Source of the DNA: Candidatus Margulisiibacteriota bacterium
GTDB taxonomy: Bacteria > Margulisbacteria > WOR-1 > O2-12-FULL-45-9
NCBI GenBank assembly: GCA_043816785.1
Contig: JBDRHP010000043.1
Location: 1-12,817 of the forward strand
Length of the DNA stretch: 12,817 nucleotides
Direction of reading: 5' to 3'
Part shown: piece by piece, positions 7,772 through 12,817 of the stretch
Position numbering within the stretch: the first letter of the stretch is position 1
How the letters are laid out: the number at the start of each line of letters is the position of its first letter
Made by a program: the position numbers and the translations under genes
Notes under the pieces: generated by a model
What the model was told of the DNA's origin: nothing
Database searches by the model: none
Seen by the model: the letters and a program-made list of their open reading frames with translations, nothing else

Positions 7772-9175
7772 ATGGGTTGGCGATCAGTATTTAAACAACT
7801 GGACGATTACCGCTTTTTGATCCCCAAAAGCTTTAAAGATGGCATGCGCACCGATGGCTTGATCTACTCAAATGCCGCAATGATCCAGCATATTTTCTCA
7901 GAAAACGCTCACGAGCAGGTGGCTAATGTGGCTTGTTTGCCTGGCATTGTTGGCCGCTCCCTGGCTATGCCGGATATTCACCTTGGCTATGGTTTTACCA
8001 TTGGAGGTGTAGCGGCTTTTGATCCAAAAGAAGACGGCATTATTTCCCCTGGTGGGGTTGGTTATGACATCAACTGCGGGGTCAGGGTCCTGCGCACTGA
8101 CCTGGTTAAGAAGGAAGTTGAGCCCAAGCTCAGGCAGATGGTCGATACCCTGGCCAGCAACGTGCCCTCCGGGGTTGGCTCGGAATCCGAGCTGAGCTTA
8201 TCCCGCAAAGACCTGGACAAGATCCTGGAAACAGGCTCCAGCTGGGCGGTCAAGAACGGGTACGGAACAGGTGATGATTTGGATCAGACCGAGTCCCGGG
8301 GCTGTTTGGAGTGGGCTGATGCGTCCCTGGTATCATCACATGCCAAGGAAAGAGGGACTTCCCAACAGGGCACTCTGGGCTCTGGCAACCACTTCCTGGA
8401 GGTCCAGTATATTGAGGAGATTTACGACGACAAAATTGCTCAAGCGTGGGGTTTGTTTAAGGATCAAGTGACGATCATGGTGCATTCCGGTTCCCGCGGC
8501 CTGGGGCATCAGGTCTGTACAGACTATATAAAGGTGATGATTAGGGCGGCCCAAAAGTACGGCATAAAGCTGCCAGACCGCCAGCTTTGCTGCGCGCCAG
8601 TATCGTCACCTGAGGGTAAGGATTACTTTGGAGCCATGGCCGCGGCTGCCAACTTTGCCTGGTGCAACCGGCAGATGCTGATGCATTGGACCAGGGAAAC
8701 TTTTGCCCAGGTTATGGGTGGTTCAGCTGACCGATTGGGCATCAGATTGGTCTATGATGTGGCGCACAATATCGCTAAGATGGAAGAGCATGGCGGCAAA
8801 ATTTTATGCGTTCACCGCAAGGGCGCGACCCGGGCTTTTCCGGATCAACCAGTGTTAGTTCCTGGTGACATGGGCCGGTATTCTTACATCATGGTTGGCA
8901 CAGAAAAAGCCATGCAGGAAACCTGGGGTTCTGTTTGCCATGGAGCTGGCCGGCTAATGAGCCGCTCAGCTGCTTCTAGAAAATTCTCACCAGGCCAGCT
9001 GACCGCTGAGCTGGAAAAGCAAGGGATACTAGTGCGCTCGGCTACCAGGAAAGGTTTGGTCGAAGAGGCGCCCGGAGCATATAAAGATGTTAGGGAAGTA
9101 GTGGATGTTGTCCATAATTCCGGGCTTGCCAGAAAGATTGCCAGAATGCGGCCGATGTGTGTGGTGAAGGGATAA
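7772..9175 (+). CDS. rtcB: RNA-splicing/repair ligase RtcB (3'-phosphate/5'-OH ligase)
   Basis: MPDIHLGYGFTIGG, GGVGYDINCG, GTLGSGNHF, HSGSRG, HNIA, HRKGAT, HGAGR and EEAPGAYK motifs, ending VVKG. Confidence 0.96.
   Translation: MGWRSVFKQLDDYRFLIPKSFKDGMRTDGLIYSNAAMIQHIFSENAHEQVANVACLPGIVGRSLAMPDIHLGYGFTIGGVAAFDPKEDGIISPGGVGYDINCGVRVLRTDLVKKEVEPKLRQMVDTLASNVPSGVGSESELSLSRKDLDKILETGSSWAVKNGYGTGDDLDQTESRGCLEWADASLVSSHAKERGTSQQGTLGSGNHFLEVQYIEEIYDDKIAQAWGLFKDQVTIMVHSGSRGLGHQVCTDYIKVMIRAAQKYGIKLPDRQLCCAPVSSPEGKDYFGAMAAAANFAWCNRQMLMHWTRETFAQVMGGSADRLGIRLVYDVAHNIAKMEEHGGKILCVHRKGATRAFPDQPVLVPGDMGRYSYIMVGTEKAMQETWGSVCHGAGRLMSRSAASRKFSPGQLTAELEKQGILVRSATRKGLVEEAPGAYKDVREVVDVVHNSGLARKIARMRPMCVVKG
9140..9175 (+). 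repeat. rtcB 3'-end direct repeat, copy 1 (in use)
   Basis: GCC AGA ATG CGG CCG ATG TGT GTG GTG AAG GGA TAA; 31/36 identical to 11001-11036. Confidence 0.9.
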
Positions 9176-9256
9176 TTAACTTTCTTGGCAGCCAGGAGCA
9201 GCATTTTGGAGAGTTCTTCGAAAAGAGTGCTTTTTGATAAACACTGAGTAAACTCG

Positions 9257-10912
9257 CTATTGGACAGCCAGTCCTGGGTTTGCTTCAGACAGCAGCTCAA
9301 CTATGGTTGAGGTGACCGCTCCCCGAAAAATGGCTGGAATGACGGTGATATCTAAGGAGATCTGCTGTTGTGCTGGAATGGTAATAGTATTGTTAATTTT
9401 CAAGTCCCGAATAAATCTTATTTTGCGCGGAGATCCTTTATCATCGAAGTATAGGTCGATAGTATTTGGGGGAATGACCAGATCCTGGGATTGGCGCAAA
9501 ATATCCAAAACATCATTCATTTTGACATCCTCAACTTTATTTCCGCGTATTATTTTGAGCGGGGGAAGATAAGAAGCGTAATCTTCCACCTTGCCCGCCA
9601 TACTGGGATGCCTCTCCATAAACAGGGCGATCGGAAGTTTTACTTCGGACATTAGAATGCCACCTTCGAACGGAGCGAAAGATTTATCGCACATCAGAGA
9701 AAGGGCGAGATTCTCTTCCGGGAAAAGCGGTCGCTGATATAATAAATTGCCGCCTTCGGCATGGCATATTTTTTCTCCTGCAAGTAATCTTATCCCTTCT
9801 GCAGTCATCGGCCTGGCTAAACATCCTGATTCTACTCGACCAGAAGGATGGAATGAAACCGTGCCGGGTAAGCTGAGTGTAATCCAGAAAAGATTATCCG
9901 CTGTTTCTGATTTATATCCTGCATATGATATTCCATCGATCTCGGTATCCCGGGCCAGTGTTCCGTTAGCGGGAATACCGTTTTCGTATAACAGAAAAAA
10001 GGGGTTGTCGCGAACAAAGACTATATTATTACCATTAACGTTAAACTCCGTGTCGCGGAGTAGACTGCCAGATTTTGGGCGCCCATTGGGGTAAAAATCA
10101 ATGCTTGTATTGCCGCGGAAAACAACTTTATTGCCATTGACAGTGAACGCTGTGTCGTGAAGAAGGGTGCCTGAAGCCAGGATCCCGTTGCCATACAATT
10201 CTAATGAAGAACTGTAACTATCAGAACCACCGGAGAAATGTACTCTAACGCCGTTGACCATTAGGCCGGTGTCGTGAGCCAGGCGCCCTCTAATAGAATT
10301 ATCGTACTTCCATAACAACGGTCCGCTTCGAAAGGTCACTTCTAGACCTTTGATTAGAAACTTAATATCTTTTGAAACATTGAAAGCAATTCCATCATTA
10401 AATATATCTATTTTATCCCCGGACTGTAACGTTACTTGATTGTTAAAAATGGTAAATGTTGTTTCCTGGGCTAGAGTTGCGGTAATGTAACTCAAAGATT
10501 TTTCAACTTCAATTTCATTCGAACGAGCATCGAATGTGCCGTCAAATTTAAACTCAGTTCCTTCTTTGAGGGTGAAGCTTATATCCTTAGGCGATAGAAT
10601 AATTGTTAGATCGAGCTGTAGTATGCCTCTGAAAACATAGTTTTTAATATAATCAAGCGCATCGGAGGTTACGGTCTGGACCGTCCCGGCTTGAAAATAT
10701 TTGTCTTGGTTTTCAACCAGCTGCTTGATGATCTGTTCTCTTGATCCGGATATTACGGTTCTCTCTCCCGAATGACTTATTGCGGGTCGGAGCCCATCTT
10801 TAAAATGTGGGGCGGAGGAGCCGCAGCTCGCGGCTGCCAGGGCGATCGATAAGCGGGCGGCCAGGCGCCTGGCACTGTTACTCAGGCTGACGCGGTTAAA
10901 TCCTAGTTGCAT
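9257..10912 (-). CDS. Hypothetical protein: probable lipoprotein with about 8 degenerate beta-rich repeats
   Basis: 551-aa ORF with AGAGGAG SD at 10925-10919. A basic N-region, hydrophobic stretch and lipobox-like LAAAS-C30-G are followed by repeats of the form GxLxxDTxFxVNGxxVxF..xFYxNG. Confidence 0.8.
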   Translation of the reverse strand: MQLGFNRVSLSNSARRLAARLSIALAAASCGSSAPHFKDGLRPAISHSGERTVISGSREQIIKQLVENQDKYFQAGTVQTVTSDALDYIKNYVFRGILQLDLTIILSPKDISFTLKEGTEFKFDGTFDARSNEIEVEKSLSYITATLAQETTFTIFNNQVTLQSGDKIDIFNDGIAFNVSKDIKFLIKGLEVTFRSGPLLWKYDNSIRGRLAHDTGLMVNGVRVHFSGGSDSYSSSLELYGNGILASGTLLHDTAFTVNGNKVVFRGNTSIDFYPNGRPKSGSLLRDTEFNVNGNNIVFVRDNPFFLLYENGIPANGTLARDTEIDGISYAGYKSETADNLFWITLSLPGTVSFHPSGRVESGCLARPMTAEGIRLLAGEKICHAEGGNLLYQRPLFPEENLALSLMCDKSFAPFEGGILMSEVKLPIALFMERHPSMAGKVEDYASYLPPLKIIRGNKVEDVKMNDVLDILRQSQDLVIPPNTIDLYFDDKGSPRKIRFIRDLKINNTITIPAQQQISLDITVIPAIFRGAVTSTIVELLSEANPGLAVQ

Positions 10913-10945
10913 TCTGTTCTCCTCTAATGGTAATTTCCATATATT

Positions 10946-10974
10946 TATCGTTAAAAATGAATGATAATTTCAGC
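10946..10974 (-). promoter_or_regulatory. Conserved upstream motif copy 1, putative sigma28-like promoter
   Basis: Minus strand GCTGAAA-N15-AACGATAA, ending about 33 nt upstream of the 551-aa gene; same motif and spacing as 11654-11682. Confidence 0.55.
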
Positions 10975-11000
10975 TATACGGAAAAATATTTTGAGCAGGA

Positions 11001-11036
11001 GCCCGGATGCGGCCGATGTGCGTGGTGAAGGGGTGA
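11001..11036 (+). repeat. rtcB 3'-end direct repeat, copy 2 (displaced gene fragment)
   Basis: GCC CGG ATG CGG CCG ATG TGC GTG GTG AAG GGG TGA = ARMRPMCVVKG*, the same peptide as the RtcB C-terminus. Confidence 0.9.
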
Positions 11037-11041
11037 GATCT

Positions 11042-11629
11042 TTAATTGCTGTTAGCTGACGGGCTTATATAATTTTCAATAAACCCTGCCAGGGTTTTTA
11101 CCAATGTAACCGGATCGACTAATTCCCTTTCAATCCCGTGTTCAAACATGCCTATATAGGTTGGATCACCTGCGCGAACTTTCCTGGTTGCATTGACCAC
11201 ATCGCGTAATTCCGGGGACATGGGTGGATCTGTTGTTTGCCTGTCTGCAGAAAGAACCTTCTGTTCGAATTCTTTGAAAACTAAGGCAACGTTTGCTCGA
11301 AGCAAAATATCAGCTACTTCACCCTTGGCCGGGGGATAAAGAAATATATGGGTCAGCATCCTTTTTCCTCCTAAGGCCGGGGGTTCACTCAGCTTTTTAA
11401 GAATTGCTGGCTTTTCAGGATGAGTGATTTGAGATGCTATATCGTTTACCGGAACACCGATATTTTTCATAACACTAACGGCTGTGATAACCACGTGCCT
11501 ATGCAAGTCTGACCGCGCTAGGAGCGGGGTTAAAATATTGATTAATCTATTACGTATCGGCCGTGGAATCTCTGCTCTTCTTATGATGACCGGGCCTTTT
11601 TGCTGGGGCCTTCCTAATCCAAATATCAT
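11042..11629 (-). CDS. Hypothetical protein (195 aa, no recognisable family)
   Basis: The ORF fills the gap between the rtcB repeat and the amrS promoter; GAGG SD about 10 nt upstream; preceded by the shared motif. Confidence 0.7.
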   Translation of the reverse strand: MIFGLGRPQQKGPVIIRRAEIPRPIRNRLINILTPLLARSDLHRHVVITAVSVMKNIGVPVNDIASQITHPEKPAILKKLSEPPALGGKRMLTHIFLYPPAKGEVADILLRANVALVFKEFEQKVLSADRQTTDPPMSPELRDVVNATRKVRAGDPTYIGMFEHGIERELVDPVTLVKTLAGFIENYISPSANSN

Positions 11630-11653
11630 TATAATTAAACCTCGCTATTATAA

Positions 11654-11682
11654 TATCGTAAGAAATACAATGAAATTTCAGC
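11654..11682 (-). promoter_or_regulatory. Conserved upstream motif copy 2, putative sigma28-like promoter
   Basis: Minus strand GCTGAAA-N15-TACGATAT, ending about 24 nt upstream of the 195-aa gene; 21/29 identical to 10946-10974, with both outer blocks exact. Confidence 0.55.
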
Positions 11683-11690
11683 GTATTGTA

Positions 11691-11699
11691 TGCTAAAAT
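11691..11699 (+). promoter_or_regulatory. Putative extended -10 promoter for amrS
   Basis: TG-c-TAAAAT 8 nt upstream of ATG 11708; possible -35 ATGAAA at 11670-11675. Confidence 0.45.
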
Positions 11700-11707
11700 T
11701 TGTATGT

Positions 11708-12736
11708 ATGCCTGAATTAAAAGAAGCGATGTTCTATGAAAAGCTGCCTGACAACAAGGTCAAATGCACCCTTTGCCCTTGGTTCTGCAAGATAGCTCAG
11801 GGCAAGGTTGGGATCTGCGGGGTCAGGCAAAATATTGAAGGCAAACTTTATTCTTTAATTTACGCCAAAGTTTCCTCCGTTGCCGCTGACCCGATCGAGA
11901 AAAAGCCGCTCTTTCATTTCTATCCTGGTACGAAGGTATTATCCCTGGGTACCTTTGGCTGCAACATGCGCTGCGGCCACTGCCAGAATTGGCAGATCGC
12001 CCATGTTAAACTGGGGCAGGCAAAAGATCCGCAACTGGAATATTTACCACCAGAAAATCTGGTTGAGTTGGCAAAACAAAATAATTGCCAGGGAATTGCC
12101 TGGACCTATAATGAGCCGATCGTCTGGTTTGAATACTCTTATGAAGGAGCTAAGTTGGCAAAGGCCGCTGGACTTTATACTGTTTGGGTGACTAACGGCT
12201 ATGTTACTTTTGAGGCCCTGGATACAATTGCCCCATACTTAGACGCCTTCCGTGTCGATGTTAAAGGTTTTAACCAGGACTTTTATACTAAATTAGCTAA
12301 GATCAGGGATTTTAAGCCTGTGCTGGAGGCAGCTGAGCGGGCTAAAAAGAAATGGGACATGCATGTTGAGATAGTTACTAATATCATTCCAACCATGAAC
12401 GATGATGAGGCGCAACTAAAAGGGATTGCTGATTGGATCGTTAAAAAGCTGGGACCGGAAACCCCGTGGCACGTGACAAGGTTCATGCCTTATTTAGAAT
12501 ACAGCCATTTGCCGCCCACGCCGATTAGCACGTTGGAAAAAGCCAGACAGATCGGCTTAGATGCTGGTTTGCAGTTCGTCTACCTTGGCAATGTTCCGGG
12601 CCACAAAGCGGAAAACACCTACTGCCCGAAATGTAGTAAACTGCTGATCAAAAGAGTAGGCTATCAAACAGACCTCAAGAATGTTGCTGCTGGTAAGTGC
12701 GGCTTTTGCGGCCAGGACCTAGGCTTTCGCTGCTAA
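11708..12736 (+). CDS. amrS: AmmeMemoRadiSam system radical SAM enzyme (PFL-activase-like)
   Basis: KEAMFYEKL, CTLCPWFC, GICGVR, DPIEKKPLFHF, radical SAM CNMRCGHC-QNWQI, YNEP, VTNGY, YLGNV and C-terminal CPKC/CGFC. Start 11708 is preferred over 11690. Confidence 0.92.
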   Translation: MPELKEAMFYEKLPDNKVKCTLCPWFCKIAQGKVGICGVRQNIEGKLYSLIYAKVSSVAADPIEKKPLFHFYPGTKVLSLGTFGCNMRCGHCQNWQIAHVKLGQAKDPQLEYLPPENLVELAKQNNCQGIAWTYNEPIVWFEYSYEGAKLAKAAGLYTVWVTNGYVTFEALDTIAPYLDAFRVDVKGFNQDFYTKLAKIRDFKPVLEAAERAKKKWDMHVEIVTNIIPTMNDDEAQLKGIADWIVKKLGPETPWHVTRFMPYLEYSHLPPTPISTLEKARQIGLDAGLQFVYLGNVPGHKAENTYCPKCSKLLIKRVGYQTDLKNVAAGKCGFCGQDLGFRC

Positions 12737-12817
12737 CCTTGCTTTCCAGATAAAGAAGAGCTGGACCGCTAAAGTGATTACCAGCAGAATGATTGCCAGC
12801 GTAATTTTCCACTGGCT
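12719..12817 (-). CDS. 3' end of a convergent membrane protein gene (partial)
   Basis: Minus frame SQWKITLAIILLVITLAVQLFFIWKARLAAKA* is a clean transmembrane helix with a basic tail. TAG at 12721-12719 overlaps the amrS end by 18 nt. Confidence 0.6.
   Translation of the reverse strand, partial: SQWKITLAIILLVITLAVQLFFIWKARLAAKA

Noticed and set aside
9200..9235. Intrinsic terminator after rtcB
   Set aside because: The only stem is weak, with G-U pairs and a large loop.
9257..9259. TAG recoding (alternative genetic code)
   Set aside because: TAG ends the ABC ATPase at a family-typical length, and no conserved gene here has an internal TAG.
8884..9300. 138-aa minus-strand ORF and the other short antisense or alternate-frame ORFs in the track
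   Set aside because: They overlap well-supported genes and show no motifs or SD; treated as shadow ORFs.
10935..10958. dif/Xer-like site (TTATCGTTAAAA resembles the XerD arm)
   Set aside because: It needs a gap to fit, there is no convincing XerC arm, and the second motif copy does not retain it.

Overview
Bacterial chromosomal window. A plus-strand housekeeping run (accC, nusB, ribE, ribBA, ribH, an orphan MalK/MsmX-type sugar ABC ATPase, gcvPB, a lipoate ligase/octanoyltransferase, rtcB) is followed by two minus-strand orphan genes and an AmmeMemoRadiSam radical SAM gene (amrS). The left edge carries what looks like the end of an IS1202/IS481-like element with the first 19 codons of its transposase. 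The right edge carries the 3' end of a convergent membrane-protein gene. The most striking structure lies between rtcB and amrS. The last 12 codons of rtcB occur twice (9140-9175 and 11001-11036), differing only at synonymous positions. Each copy is followed by a reversed orphan gene and then the same 29-bp motif (TATCGT-N14-AATTTCAGC, sigma28-promoter-like on the minus strand). This reads as a two-unit tandem cassette array anchored on the rtcB 3' end, with no integrase visible in the window. Also seen are a 28-bp REP-like hairpin family (3 copies, compensatory base changes), three heptamer tandem arrays inside coding sequences, and two apparently leaderless promoters. All calls come from reading the sequence and motif recall; no database searches were run.
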